DNA of 64,000 bases from Takakia lepidozioides (lineage: Eukaryota; Plantae; Bryophyta): NCBI GenBank assembly GCA_030704615.1, contig CM060731.1, positions 53,258,001 to 53,322,000 on the forward strand. The letters are read 5' to 3'. Numbering within the stretch: position 1 is the stretch's first letter; every line of letters starts with the position of its first letter. Under the pieces are notes generated by a model that was given only the letters and a program-made list of their open reading frames with translations, had not been told where the DNA came from and did not search any database. The position numbers and the translations under genes are program-made. This document shows positions 35,480 through 49,460 of the stretch, piece by piece.

Positions 35480-38400
35480 ATGAATAGGGGATTTCTGTTT
35501 GATGTGGATGCGGAGGTGGCCGTGGATCCGGCGCAGTCGCCATGGGAGTTTTCTGGCTACTCGGCCACTGTTCTGGACGAGCATGCCCAACGCAGAACCA
35601 CTTCGATTGACCACAAAATTTCGCAATTGAGATTGAGGCGTGTGAAAGGGAAGGGACTCGGTAACGGAGTTATAAAGCTTCCGGAAGGAGATGAGATCAC
35701 GAGTGACAGTGAAGTCGATGAAGGTGGTTTGGAAGACGATATCCGTGAACAAGAGACCGGGCAATGGGGAGAGGAGAGTGACGTTTCGGATCCTGACCTA
35801 GACGGCGAGAGCGGTGGCTTAGACCTTGAGTCTGAAGGTTCAGAGGAGGCTGAAGAGGAGGAAGGTGAGAAATTGGGTCATAAGTCTCGCTTTCCCCAGT
35901 TCAATCTCCGCCTCTGCCTCCCTTTGGGAAATCAGTTCTTGGCATCCCACTTTCTGTTCGATTCGCCTCCAAGGTGTAATCCCAGCCCTATATGGAATGC
36001 CCAACCCAAGCAATCCTTTCACATGTTATTCGTTCCTCCGGGGTATATTCTGATAAGATTAGTTGTTTTTTGATGTGCTGACGAGGTACTTAATCTCTAT
36101 GGAAGGTGGCTCTTGTCCTGGATCAGGCTATCACTTTACATTCCATCCAATGTGACATAATAGGGGACCATGCCTGGTACTTTTATGTCAATATGAGCAA
36201 TTACCATTCTCTGCTTGAGGAAAATAATGTATACTGCCTCCGTTTCTCGGGTTACAACGTGCAATTTTCTATGAGTCCAGTATTAGCAAATGTGTTGATT
36301 TCGACTGTGTCAACCCAGATGTTGAAGAGGAAGAGGAAGAGGAAGAGGGTGAGGACGAGGACGAAGAGATGGATCCAAGGGCAGGTTCACATTCTAGAGT
36401 GGGAAGAATCGGAGGAGAGGATCAAGATGTGCTGGAGCGGGTGAAGAAAGGGAAAGAAGCAGGCAGGAATGGGACCACTGAAAAGAAAGAGGAACTAGGC
36501 AGGTCTGGAAAGGCCAGAAAGAAGGACGGAAAGATGATGGTGAGTCATCAAGCTCATTACCTGTTTTGGTTGTTGAAAGTGTGCCTATTCAACCATTTAG
36601 GCAATGTGAGGAAGATTCCACTCACTTTGGCTGTAGGAGTACATTGTCATTAGTCATGATTGTGCTTTGGGAGGCACGGTTCTTGTTGGAGGCATTGGCT
36701 CATTGCGCTGAGATGGGCCTACTGGACGTTGCTGTGTTAAGACCCCCCAATGGACATTAACCATTCATTCTTTTGTTCACTGCATTTCAGTGGTATTGGG
36801 AAGAGAGCTACTTTTCCTGCCTTTGATTGCCAATTTGTTGTTTGGCAGCCAAAAGTCTATGTTGAAGATGCCCTTGCCTCTGCTGATGGTGACAATGTCA
36901 AGAAAGAAAAAGTCGGTTTTTTTGCATCATCTGAGGGGGCAACTTTCAGTGCCAAGTCGTTTGCAGAGCTGAATATCTCTCGTCCTCTTGTCCGTGCTTG
37001 TGAGGCATTGGGATATGAGCGACCCACCCCGATCCAGGTGCATTATCTAATCATCCTGTCAACGGGGCCATTGAGCTTTGGTATTTACCAAGATCCAACA
37101 GATGTCTACAGTTAACCATGTGTCAAAATAAGATGTCCTCAATTTAGGTGAACTTTATGGTTTGTAAGGGGAATTGATCTGGAAAACTCCCTTTAAAAGC
37201 AAGGGGACATACTTACTCCCCTGTCATGATTGTGGAGATTGTTTGGCAGGCAGCTTGCATACCATTGGCGCTGACTGGGCGTGATATATGTGGGAGTGCT
37301 GTTACTGGTTCTGGCAAAGTGCGTAACTTTTTTTTACGAAGTCTTCATTCATATCCTCCTGGTTTCCCTGTTCATTGTTTTGATTCCTGAGATTTGTTGT
37401 GTCTTGTGGTGTTCATTATGAACACCACACGATCATTGATTGACGGAAGAAACTTGTCCAGCAAGTATCATGCCAATATGTGTTGACTTATTTGTGGAAT
37501 TGAAGTGCAGTATTAGCTACCATTCCTGAGAGGGAGTTGCTGGTTAGAGATTCAATTGATACAGAAGTGGTTGCTATTGCAGACTGGAGCGTTTGTCTTG
37601 CCGGTTTTGGAGAGACTTCTATTCCGGCCACGTCGAGTGCCTGCCACTCGTGTTTTGATTCTCACACCAACTAGAGAACTGGCAGTCCAGTAAGCTTTTT
37701 GGAATCCCCATGTTTCTCTCTACTCCACAACATCTCACCTGACATTTCTTTCCGTTGTATGTTGAGGAAAAGTTACTTCAGATGAAGCTCTGTGAACCAA
37801 AAAACTTGGTCAAGCCGAAAAATCTTAATAGAAGTCAGACCTCTCTCTCCCTCATTCTTCTCTCCATCAGAAGGTAAGACATCTCACTGTGTTTGGTGCA
37901 CTCGTTGTGGGGAGAAGGGTGCATAGTATGCTGCAGAAGTTTGCTCAATTTACAGACATCTGCTGCTGCCTTGTAGTTGGTGGCCTCTCAAGCAAGGTAT
38001 GAAGGTTATTCTCTCCCTGGTAATGTTAAAAAATTCACGAGGATCATTTTTTCAGCAGCAGGGAGGGGAGTGCACGTTCATCATACCAGAGAGAAGTGTG
38101 GCACATCGGTGACCTTTCTATTTGGGGGAGGATTCATCCTTGTAAATTCCAATGATGATATTGACAAGGGATGTCATAACAGGTCCAAGAGACAAGTCTG
38201 CGGGCACGTCCAGACATTGTAGTGGCCACACCAGGCCGCATGATAGACCACTTGCACAATGCACATTCTGTGGGATTGGAAGAGCTTGCCATCTTGGTGC
38301 TTGATGAAGCTGACCGCCTGCTTGAGCTTGGATTCTCCCAGGAAGTGCAGGAGCTGGTTAGTGTCCTTTTCCCTTAGATAGGTCATGAATGGACCTTTGA

Positions 38401-41400
38401 CAAGTAAAACCTTCACAACAACCTCATCAACATAATAGTTATCTTCTTTCAAGTGATTCCCTTTCACACGTTTACTTAATTTGGGGATGTCTACATGGTG
38501 TGGAAGGTGCGACTGTGTCCGAAAAGGAGGCAGACCATGTTGTTCTCTGCAACCATGACGGAGGAGGTGGCTGCTCTAATCCAGCTCTCTCTCAACAGCC
38601 CTGTGCGCCTTTCAGCTGACCCTTCCACTCAGCGTCCTGCCACTCTTTCAGAAGAGTATGTACTTGCATCCCATTATTTCTGTAAAAACAGGATGTGAGA
38701 TGTAGGCCACCTGCCCTATAAAGCTGACTTCCTACACAGTTGGAAGTGCTGAAAGGCTGGCCATCTTAGGATGATACTTGCTTATGGATTCAAAAGATAC
38801 GTACACTCCCTGACCAGTGATGGGGTTTGGGCACACACAGGGTGGTGAAAATTCGGCCAGCACTCGAAGGTGACAAGGAGGCTGTGCTGTTAGCTCTTTG
38901 CACACGATCTTTTATGTCAAAAGTTATTGTCTTCAGGTTGATTGAAAAACTCCATGATTTAGCTGATTTGTTTGGTCTCATTGTTCTTGCTGTATGGCCC
39001 CACTTGTTCAAACTGACATCACTCTAGTGAACTGTCTTGTGGGAGCCAATCCGGTAGATGGAATGTTGACCATGGTTTCTCATAGTTTACAGTTACCCAG
39101 CACTCCACATGTTTTGGCTCAGAAACTGGTGAAGGAACATTGCTGGACTGTTCTGCCATTCGTACCTTTGTCAGCTGCTGCACTTTGGGCTACCTGATGG
39201 ATCTGCCTACAAGCATGGATCTAAGTGTGAAAATTGTTTGATTCTGTAATGGTTGTAGTGGCACAAAGGTGGAGGCACACAGGCTGAAGATTCTCTTTGG
39301 GCTCTCTGGTTTGAAAGCTGGTGAACTTCATGGCAACCTTACCCAGGCCATGCGCCTTGATGTATGCTACTGACCGACCTACTTCCTACTCCACCTTTTT
39401 TGGTGTGTTAGTAGGAGTAGGCAGTATCCAAAACAGCAGTAAGACATCTCCAAGGGCTAATCGATATGGAGAATGCTAGCAAGTCTTTACATCATAGTTG
39501 CGATATTCTAAGTCCTTCTCCATCTCTGGTTTTTCATGCAACTGTACACCTGGCAGCTCAACAAAGCCACATGCATCACATCTGTGAAAGTAAATAGCTG
39601 CACCAGCAGTGCTGGAATAGCAATACTCTTGGGAACGTTAGGAGCCCCTATTCATCTCACTGCGACCAGGCAACCTATACTGTATCATCATCTGTGTGCC
39701 TTTATTTTACCTCCCTCCAGCTCATTTAACTCCACGGAGGAAGAGGAAGATGTGGTTTGTTTTGATACTAGGGTTGTTGTGTAGGTCTTATGTTTGCTTT
39801 TTGTCAGATCTGCAACACTGATAATAGTCTGGAATACATGTTATGATTTTTTATACTTTGTTCGACATGATTTACGCTTGGCAGGCATTGGAATCATTCA
39901 GGAAGCAAGAGGTGGATTTCCTAATTGCAACAGATGTTGCTGCTCGTGTAAGTCATATCTTCTACCACTGATAATCGCTTCAGTGGTGAAATGGTGTTAT
40001 CAAGTAAAGGGGGGGGGGGTTGACTCTCTTTTTACCTGAATCCTGGTAGATCAGCCCGCTGAAGCAACATAAAGTATGGTGTCACTGCACCCGGAAGGCT
40101 ACTACCTCCGGTTTGGAAGGTGGACACCTTTAATGGCGGTACCCGGGCAACGTGGTTGCCCATATCTCCCCCAAGGACTGAAAAGTCCCCATGTACCCAC
40201 ACATTAGGTGAGACCGGTTGACCCAGCGACCCCTTTCATAGTTGGGTTGCCTATAATGGGTGCCATCCAACATACACCTATGTGCACAATCGCTTATAAG
40301 GGTGCCGTGTGCTCTAACATTGGGCCAATCTGGTGGAATCAATTCAGTTTCATATTGATGAAAAACTGATTTGCCATTTGCATTGGAGAGACAGCCTTGA
40401 ACAGTACCTCAAGAGGCAGTGGCCAGCATTGGATGCTTGAAAACTATCGAAAACTTCTAACTTGGGACTTTGTAGTGGTGTGATTGATCTTCTAATTATT
40501 GTCTGGAGTGAACTATTGTGAAATTGAGTGGCCTCATTTGTCCATGCTCATATTGTATTCCTTATTAGTTTCTTGACACGTGGGTGCAGGGATTGGACAT
40601 TGTGGGTGTGGAGACGGTGATAAACTTTCATTGTCCTCGTGATATCACCATGTAAGTTAAGATTGACGTTAAACTCACTGAAGAGTGTCCCAGCCCAAGG
40701 TTGACAGTAGGAACTACTACAGTGGAAATTATGATGCCCACTCCAAGTGCCTGGGCTCATGTACACCATGCATGACAGTCTCATGTCAGATGAATTGTTT
40801 AATGAAGTTACGTATAGGATTGTACGACACATATTTCCTGGGAGGTCAATATCCTAATTGTATTCTAGAGTTGCAATGGTTGATAGTTATATTGGAAAAG
40901 GCTTAGTTTTGTGTTGTGGGAGCGGACCACTTCCTTTCTGAAGTCCATTCAGCTTTTGAAAGGGAGTTGCTTATCAACGGGTTTTGAAATTGATAGCAAT
41001 AGAGTCTTCTTACCTTGCAACAGACCTTCTGTTGTAAATATTACGACACCTAAACTGCTTACTGCTTTGCAAAAATTATTTTATGCATGAGAGTGGGTCT
41101 GTGATTGGCACGCAGGTACGTACATAGAGTGGGGCGAACGGCAAGAGCCGGCCGACAAGGATGCGCTGTCACTCTCGTCACAGAACAAGAACGCTCACTC
41201 CTCAAGGCCATTGTAAGACAGAGAAAGAACTTGTCATGGATTCACTCTGGAAGGAGGGCTTTGTCGTAGATTAGTGCTTGTGAGTGTGAAGTTTTGGTGG
41301 GAGACTTTTCTGTTTGCATTTTCAACTTATGATGGAATCACAAGTTTGAGGGCAGGTACAATATGTTTTCTCTGTTTTGGTGCAGGCTAAAAGAGCTGGG

Positions 41401-44116
41401 TCAAAGCTGCAAAATCGTCAAGTGGCCACAGCTGCAATAGCCAAATGGCAATCAAAGATTGAGGAGATGGAAGATGACGTCAGAGCCGTGCAATATGAGG
41501 AGAGGTTTGATTAGATCCCATCGCTCTCTTTCTCTGCTTTTATGTGTCTTCTGCATGTGTTTGTGTCTCCTCACTATCTCTGGTTGATTGGAGCTGAATC
41601 CTCCTTTGGATGTGTTGCATTTTGTTTTTTCAATCCAAGAGACAAGGTATAAATCACTTTCTACGAGTGCTGGCTTTTTTGGTTATATGGTGCTTCCAAC
41701 ACTTTCTAGTTTTCCAAACCTTTTGTGAGTTGTTGAGTCAAGTCACAAAGTAGACTGAAAAGCTGCACCAACCTACTGTGGCTCATCCGCGAGACTGAGT
41801 CTGTCCATGTAAAAATGACCTGTTCATTTATTCCTTTTAATCGAGTTGGTGCAGGGAGGAGAGAGCCCTACGGAAAGCTGAGATGGAAGCCAACAAGGTA
41901 AGCATGTCCATTACATACCACAGCTGTTACTTTTCTTTCTTTCTTGAAAATTACTGAAACTCTAACTCTGCCCTGCCATCCTTCTATTATGCCACAAAAG
42001 TTGATCCAAAACTCATGATAGTGTGTAGAGCTTTGAGTTGGTTAGAGCAATAGAATCTAACTGTTACAGGCTTCCAACCCTTTTCCCTTGCAGTTGCTCA
42101 CGTTAGTTACGCCACACTTGGGTAATCAAGAGATCGAAATATCAGTCAGTCCTAGTAAGTTACCCACTTCAGTCACTTGTCAGTCTCTCACATTCCATTG
42201 TCGGCTTACAGGCTCAAAATATGGTGGAACATGAAGCTGAAATCTACTCAAGACCAAAGCGGGAATGGTTCCAGTCAATCAGGGACAAGCGGATGGGTGC
42301 TACTGTTGCCAAGGTGTGGATCTTGTCTGGAAGCGTCTGCTCAGCTTTTGAACTGAAAAATCTTGAATCAAGAATGTGTTCAGGCTTTCGACCTGAGGAC
42401 ATACATGTAGCCATCTTAGCAACACCAGCATTTTGTTAAGCAGCATCCTAAGGTGTAGTTGGTTTATGTATATTTTACAACTGTCCAGCAAACGGGATCT
42501 TTGTTGGTATGTGCAGAGTTGAGGTGTTAGACCAACTTTGAGGCATATGAAGAGTGCACATTGAGAATGGAAAATACGCTGATGAAGGTTTTGGGTGGTT
42601 GTTGGACAAAAGGCTGCCAAGGATGGCAGCAGGAAAGGGGAGGAATCCAACAAGGTGGTTAGTGCAGAGGAAGCAGAAGAGCTGAAGCGGCGCGAAAAGA
42701 GGAAGAAGGAACTAGAGGTACGAAAGGTTTAGAACCTTACAGTGGTTGCTTAGAATATTCTATTGTGGTCTTGATTACATCATTTATCATATGGTCGATG
42801 GTATGCTATTGTGCATAGACCTATTTGTCTAACTCAGCCTTGGATATTAGGGTTTGAGTGTTGGCGACGTTGGCAACGTTGGCAACGAATGTTTTGTCCC
42901 TTCACATTGTCTAACAATATGTTTTACACTGTAGACCAAATCTCATCGTTTTCACATTGTGTTGTACTTGTCCAGAAAAATATGACCCGCAAGAAACGCC
43001 GGCGCTTGGAGGCTGAGCGTGAAGATGCTGAGGCCGAAAGGCGGGGTGTGTCAGAAGCTGCTGAAGAGGTCAGGAGCTTTGCCCTCTATGGCTGCGTGTA
43101 GTATCTGTTTCCTGCGAAAATGGATTGGACTGCCCTCCATGAGGATCAACATTTAGAATGTGTGCTCTTCAGGCATAGAGATGTGATGTTCATGAGATGT
43201 TCTTGAAGAGATGATGTTCGTGGGTGTAGATGAAAGATATACAAGCGCCTGAAAAGAAAACAAAGAAATCAGTGGACAACACCAGCAGGCAGTCAGTAGT
43301 GGAGCTTGCATACCGGCGTGCTAAAGCTGCCAAGTCAACTGAGAGATTGGTGAAGGCTGGAAAGATTGCACCTCAAAAGAAACGTAAATCCAAGGTGGAC
43401 AGCTCCCAAAAGCCAAGGCCTGGAGCTTCTCAGAACCGGAAAGAGGAGATGGAGGAACTGTTCCAAGATGATGTCAGGGGTGGCAAACAACAGAAGCCAT
43501 GGGGCAGCACAGGGGCTCCTCGGACACCTGGGAGAAAGCCCGGGGTGTCGAAGAGAGCATTCAAGAGTAAATCAAGGTATTTTCACTTACACAAACCAAA
43601 GAGAACTTCACCCCTTGCTTTTGTGGGCGCAAATTCAGGCAAGGGAAGGCTGTCAAGCAAAATGGCACCTAAGAACCAGAGAAATGATCTTTGTGTGGTT
43701 AGGAATTTTTCTTGAAAGTTGTTTGACTGTTGAAAGGCATAGCTACAGCTTTCCATTGTGGCCTCTGAAATCAAAGTCTACTACTTGCAAGAAGTTCCCC
43801 CAGCACCCCCAGTTTCATGTTATGATACATGTTACTGTTGGAGAGATACAGCTTTGTACCACTCAGGCACACAAACAACTGCCGAGTAGTCTATCTTGGC
43901 ACCCATGACTATCTTGGCACCCATGTAGCTGGATGTTCATTTGTTGAATGATGACCTAGCTGTATGCCCAGTAAGGAAGGGTATAGCAAGTGGTGGTCTT
44001 GCTCTAAAGGTTCTGGTGGGATGATGAAATGTCAGAGTGGTAAATGTGTTAATGGTGTGTAGCTTCACTTTACTGACATCTGTGTCGATGGTGGCAGGTA
44101 TAAGCGGCGCAAATAG
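35480..44116 (+). CDS. DDX27: DEAD-box RNA helicase, DRS1/DDX27 (plant RH28) type, about 20 exons, 60S biogenesis
   Basis: Acidic N-terminus with PWEF; [16 protein letters not shown]; AVTGSGKT; PTRELA; [10 protein letters not shown]; DEAD; SAT; ELHGNLTQ; ATDVAARGLDI; [12 protein letters not shown]; [25 protein letters not shown]; ends FKSKSRYKRRK*. Exons read with GT-AG borders. Confidence 0.93.
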
Positions 44117-45082
44117 GACCGGCAACAATCGTAACTAAGGATCTTTGCCCCAGGTGTGTTATTTTGGTACATCTTCTGGCAGGATCTGAAATTAATCCTG
44201 TCCATCTATTCAGAAGTAAAGGGGAGAAAGAAAGTTTGAAACATTTGGATAGCTTAGTTCATCTTTGTTTATTCTCTCTGCTCTTTGTATAATGTCCATT
44301 ATATTCTGCATACCTCCACAGTGTGCATAGAAATCGGGTCCCAAAGCTGCCTTGCACTTATATAGGTGTTGATCAAGGTTAGGAGATAAGTGGAAGGATT
44401 GCACATATTTTCTGTGAAGTGCAGTCGCATCGTTTCACATTTCAAACTTCATCACAAGCCTTTCACAGGATAGGCAGAAGAATTGCTACTTACTCTAAAC
44501 TAAAGATGTGGAATGTCATTTTCCCAATCCAAATGGGTTTTGCAGGCCTATAGCAAGCCCATAGTCCAAGCCTATAGTAAGACTAAGCTATTTAAAATTT
44601 CGAAAAGGAAATGAAAAAGTTTACTGCTCCCATTGGGAGTTTAATTTGGATCAAGTGTCTTGTCCGGGCTTGGACCATGTCTCCTGAAATTGATAAATCC
44701 CTATGACTGCTCAGGTAATCCATGCATCCTTTCATATTTGTATATATTTCTGTTTGACTGGACAAGCACTGAATGTGATTGAGGCAGGAAGTTCTCCGTT
44801 CATTTGGAAAAGTTATGGGTGCTACAAATTGGAATGTATAACTGGACACGCATGGCCAGAACATTCCCAAAAGGTGTTCTTTGCCTCTCTTTGACTGTTG
44901 TTTGAAGACATGCTCCTTCCTGCTGATTTGAAGAAATTATCTGTGCCTACAGTCTTGCAATTTGATAATGTTGCGTGTTCATCACGTTGTAATCACATTT
45001 TCTGTAGGAAATGGCATGAGGTCAGTGTGTTCATGTGACCACCGCTTGTTTGTTTGATGTAGACTATGATGACTTCCAATAT

Positions 45083-45240
45083 GTAGCCCAGTGGTTAGTC
45101 CACAGGACCACCTAACCAGTGGTTGTGGGTTCAAAACCACATCAGTCAATTGGATGTCATAACGGTGTCCACTTTCTTTTCAGAAGAAAGTAGCCCTCCA
45201 GGGACAAGTGACACCATATGTCGCTCTTGATTTTGTAAGA
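45083..45240 (+). mobile_element. tRNA-derived SINE
   Basis: A-box-like tagcccagtggtta and B-box-like gggttcaaaacc. The body ggtgtccac..gtagccct..gacaccata is shared with 55445-55575 and, inverted, with 40072-40135. Confidence 0.6.
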
Positions 45241-45294
45241 GTCCACTTTTTTTTTCTTAAAAAATTAGACTACTGTCCGCCTTGATAAGAGACG

Positions 45295-46915
45295 TTTTTT
45301 TTTTCTTTCCTTTAACGAAACAGGGGACAAAGACCCTGGGAAAATTTATTAAATAAAAGCGAGGAAAAAATAACCTAGGGAGAACAACCATGGAGGATGA
45401 CATTGCCCCGTGACCAAGGACCTAGAGCGATCTGCCAGATTCTAAGGTGGATCTGCAGAGAAGGAGCAAAGATGAGATGAAATCTACCGGGAGGTTGAGT
45501 CAAAGGAGAGGTGCACTTTTTATTTGCCCTTCCTAAGGCGCTTGTGGCATCAATTCACATCTGAGTCTTCCAGCTGCAAGGATTGCAAAGCACTAGTTGA
45601 GCTGCGAACATGTCGGGAGGCAGTCGGCCCAGATAATCGTTGATTTCTGAGGTTCTTGAGCAGAGGTATCGGCCTTTTCCCCATGAGTTAACAAAGCCAG
45701 AGAGTAACTGCAGCTTCCTTCCTTCCGCGCACTAGCAACAGCTGCACACAAAACCCGCCATGCTTTTCGAGCTTCACATGATGTCTGAGTGAACCCTATG
45801 CAGCAACAATTTCACGCAAGGCTGAACTCCACCAAAAACTCCACCAAAAACCAGAGAACATCTACACTTCCAGATGTTCCAAAGCGAATGAGCCCTAAGG
45901 GCTGCCCACACATGGCATAAGCTCCGTAAAGCCCTTCATGCAAGTTGAGAAGCAAAGGAACATTCGAATTCCAAGGTCGGTAAAATCTACAAACAAGGTT
46001 CCAGATAAATGCAGCCAAGGGACAGAGCACCAGACAATGCTCTATAGACTCTGCTTGTCCCGAATGACACACCGAGCAATGACCAGGAGAATCTGGAATG
46101 AACTCAAAAACCGGAAGAATTCTATTGGTGAGTTTCTATAAGAACCCAGAAAGTCTCGCAGCTCTATCCTTCCTCCATACAAATTGACTTCCAATCAACA
46201 GGCAGGTTAGGCAAGTGCCTCCATTTCGAGTTCCATTTGTCAATGAAAACAGAGGGCAGTCTTAAAAGAGAGTAACCAAGCTTCACTGAGAACCCGAAGA
46301 ATGGGGTGTGGCCCCTAGACATCCAATGCCACTCTGCAGGATCAAACTATAATAAACGCAAAGGAGCAGAAAGGAACCAGATAAAAGAGTCATCATAACG
46401 CATCAAGTTAACAGGAGGAATCGGGTCACATATACCAGTCGTAACAGAAAAGACCCTGATAGGATAAAGATCCGATTCCAACTACGTAGAAGGGCAAGGA
46501 AAAATCATAGAGCCATCAGTGAGAACTTTGAATTTCAAACTGTGCAGAGATTGACAGGACCTTGCGAGGTGGCATAGAAAGCGAATAGCGAAGAACCACT
46601 GATATCACCGCCCAACCATCCTGGAAGCTGCCTTTGATTAAAAGGAAGGGAACAGATAGATATCCAGCGGGGAGGAAGGTTCGAAACAATGGAATCCCAA
46701 GCATTGGCTCTTCGCAAAGAAAGGGAGGCAGCAGCAAGCTTTAGGAAGGATTGCCCCTGACTCCCAGAAGTGGCAGAAATTGGAAACCCTGCTTGCTCCC
46801 AGAAGGCCCACTTACTGGAGCACTTAATTAGAACCTCCGAGTCTGCCCAAACACATGCTGCCTTAGGGTCTCCTCCACCATAGTAGGAACAGACTGAAGA
46901 GGCGTAATTTCTACT
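45295..46915 (-). mobile_element. L1-clade LINE 3' fragment
   Basis: T-rich tail at the left; zf-RVT-type CHSGQAESIEHCLVLCP; WHWMS..PFFGFSVKLGY is similar to the LINE at 59-62 kb. Confidence 0.7.
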
Positions 46916-47133
46916 CATTAGAGTTATCCGTAAAGGGTCCCAAACTCGGCATGAGAATCCTGAGTTAACTCGAAACTCAGGATCAAGCGGTACGACTAGA
47001 AAAAAACACGGGACCAAACTGCCAGGACTAGGAAAATGGGGATGGCATCCGTTTGGTGCCGAGTTTTGTTAGTCGTCCAGGCGGATGCGGTCAGAGCTCA
47101 CGAGCTCGCGCCATAGCAGCCGTTGCGCCCCCG

Positions 47134-47229
47134 CGTTATTCATAATCTAGGATTAGCTTCTGGAGAGCCCTTGTCCCTACCGGTAGGGACAAGGGCTCTC
47201 CAGAAGCTAATCCTAGATTATGAATAACG
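47134..47229. repeat. Perfect 96-bp palindrome
   Basis: Two 48-bp arms are exact reverse complements with no spacer; centre at 47181/47182. Confidence 0.97.
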
Positions 47230-47344
47230 GGGAGGTTGCCCTCATCCCCAGATTTGGTGCCCTCTTTTCTGACTTCGTGCTCAGTTTTCTGCACTTTACG
47301 GATTAACTCAAACTCAGGATGAAACCCGTAACTCGAGTCCAAAC

Positions 47345-48382
47345 CAGTGTTGTGGGGGTACCCGCTTAGGCGGGTTGGAACCGGCGGTTCCGGTTTCGGT
47401 TCCTCGGAACCGATACTGGAACCGGAACTGGCGCCCATGAACCGGAACTGGGGAAGCAGGGACAAGCCGGTTCTAGAACCGGAACCGGCGGGTTTGGGTT
47501 TTTCCAAGAACCGGAAGAGAACTGGAACCGGGGTCAGTGGCGGTTCCGGATCCGGTTCCCGCACTAGGGTTTTTTATTTTTATTTATTTTTTATTTATTT
47601 TTACCTCCCGTGATTTGTCGTCTCTCTGCGCGATCTGCTGCAGTAGCGCGACTTCAGCGCGGGGGAGAGGGGTCAGCGTACCAGCGCGTGGGGCAGCGCC
47701 TCAGCGCGTGAGGGAGGGAGCAACGTTGTTTTTTTTTTTTTTTTTCGGGTTTTCCTGGTTCTGTAGTGTCGCACCTCCCACCTGCGCGATGTGCTGCAGT
47801 AGTGCGAGCATCAGCACGGGGGAAGGAGCAGCGCAGAGAGGTAGCATCGTAGGCCCCAGTTTTTTTTTTTTCACGTTGTATCGTCTCTCATGTCTGTTTT
47901 TGAGTAGTGAGGAAGTCCACTTAGATGACAACGAGGAGTTGATTGTAGAGGCCGAGTTGTTTGAGATCAAATGATTTCTTTGTGTACTCTACACACATTA
48001 ATTTATACTCGCTTACATTGCATTATTATTATTTCATAAATTTGTATATGACTGTTGTGTTGTTTCTTTTCAACATGGTCAAAAGATTTGATATAACTAA
48101 TGGGGATTCACAAATCATTTTCAGATTTATAAAAAACGATAAAAATTTTAATATATATTTTTAAATTCAAAAAATAGAGAACCGGAACCGGAAACTGGAA
48201 CCGGCGGTTCCTTCCCAAAAAATACCCGGAACCGGAAGCGGAATCTGCTCATGAATTTTGGAACCGGAACCGGAACTGCTTCATAAAAAAGAACCGGATC
48301 CGGAACCGGAACCGTCTCTTCAAATATACCAAGGAACCGGAACCGGAGGTTCCTTCAATATGGCAAGAACCGCACAACAAAC
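47345..48382. mobile_element. hAT-like MITE with GGAACC subterminal arrays
   Basis: Ends CAGTGTTGTG.. and ..CGCACAACA, with dense ggaaccgg repeats at 47375-47560 and 48180-48355. Confidence 0.6.
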
Positions 48383-48598
48383 AGGGTACCAAACTCAGGC
48401 TCACTTTACGGATAACTCTATTGTGTTTGTCTGTGGAGACATTTAGTTATCCATGTGGCTCAACATGGGGAGCCGTGGAAATTTTTACGAATTTCAGTGC
48501 AAAATAAATCATCGGCAGGACTGAAGAGAATTCAGAGACAATAGTACCTATCAAAGTTTTTAAGAAATTTCATTTTAATTTTAATTTTTGTACCCTGG

Positions 48599-49011
48599 TG
48601 GGATAGCCGGTTAGACACTTGCCTGCCTAAATAATTATTTTTGGGGCCATTTGGCAGTTAGGCACTTTTGAGGAAAAGTTTTTAAATTACGCATCTTGGA
48701 GGCCTATTGTTTTCAAATTAGGCAACCAAAAATAATGATCACAAAATGAAACACATAAATATAAAAATACAGCCGCTGCCATGGATGCAAATAAAACTGA
48801 GTCCATGGATGACGTTTTAAATGAATATCATTATAAATGGATGTCATTTTTAGATTTGTTTTTCTATTTTATATTTTCTAATTTAAATTCAAGTTTTATA
48901 CCATATGTACTTTTAGAGAAATTTTTGAAAATTAGGCACTCTTGTCAAAAATAATTTATTCTGATTAGGCACTTTTTTTTCGAAATAATTTCTGCTTAAC
49001 CGGCTGTCCCA
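48599..49011. mobile_element. AT-rich MITE
   Basis: TIR TGGGATAGCCGGTTA..TAACCGGCTGTCCCA (1 mismatch) and internal ttaggca repeats. Confidence 0.6.
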
Positions 49012-49460
49012 AATTCTGCAGGTGTTATTTCTGAAGGTAAAAAAAAAAAAAACAATGGAGCAGCTGATGGGAGGGAGGCCAAGGGGTGTTGGAATGGCTG
49101 ATATGTGAGGCCACGTGTAGAGGAGAGCATAGAAGTTCTAGCGACGACCGAAGGTCGGAAGCTAGTTTAGCGTAGAGCAGGAATAGGGTGTCATAGTGCC
49201 ACATCATCGTCACCACGTTTCGTCGCCACGTCATCGTCGTCGTCAATTTCTTTGAAACCTGCCCGGACGACCCGCGCGAAATAGGCCAATAGAAATCGCC
49301 GCGCAACGTTTTTGGAACTGCCCGCAATGCATCTTGATCTTCTTGTTTCCGCCATCGTTCACCTTTCCGCCATATCCATGGAGCATTGCAACCTTGTGTA
49401 GAATAAGGCGAACATCAAAGGCTGGTGGTTGTCTAACTTTCTGTATTTATTACTCTTCAG

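Larger units (their letters stand above)
46921..48418. mobile_element. Non-autonomous TIR element with TA flanks, containing a palindrome and a nested MITE
   Basis: Perfect 15-bp TIR GAGTTATCCGTAAAG..CTTTACGGATAACTC, with TA on both sides. Confidence 0.7.

Noticed and set aside
47136-48446. Pro/Glu-rich ORFs (EPEPEP..)
   Set aside because: Translation artefacts of GGAACC MITE repeats.
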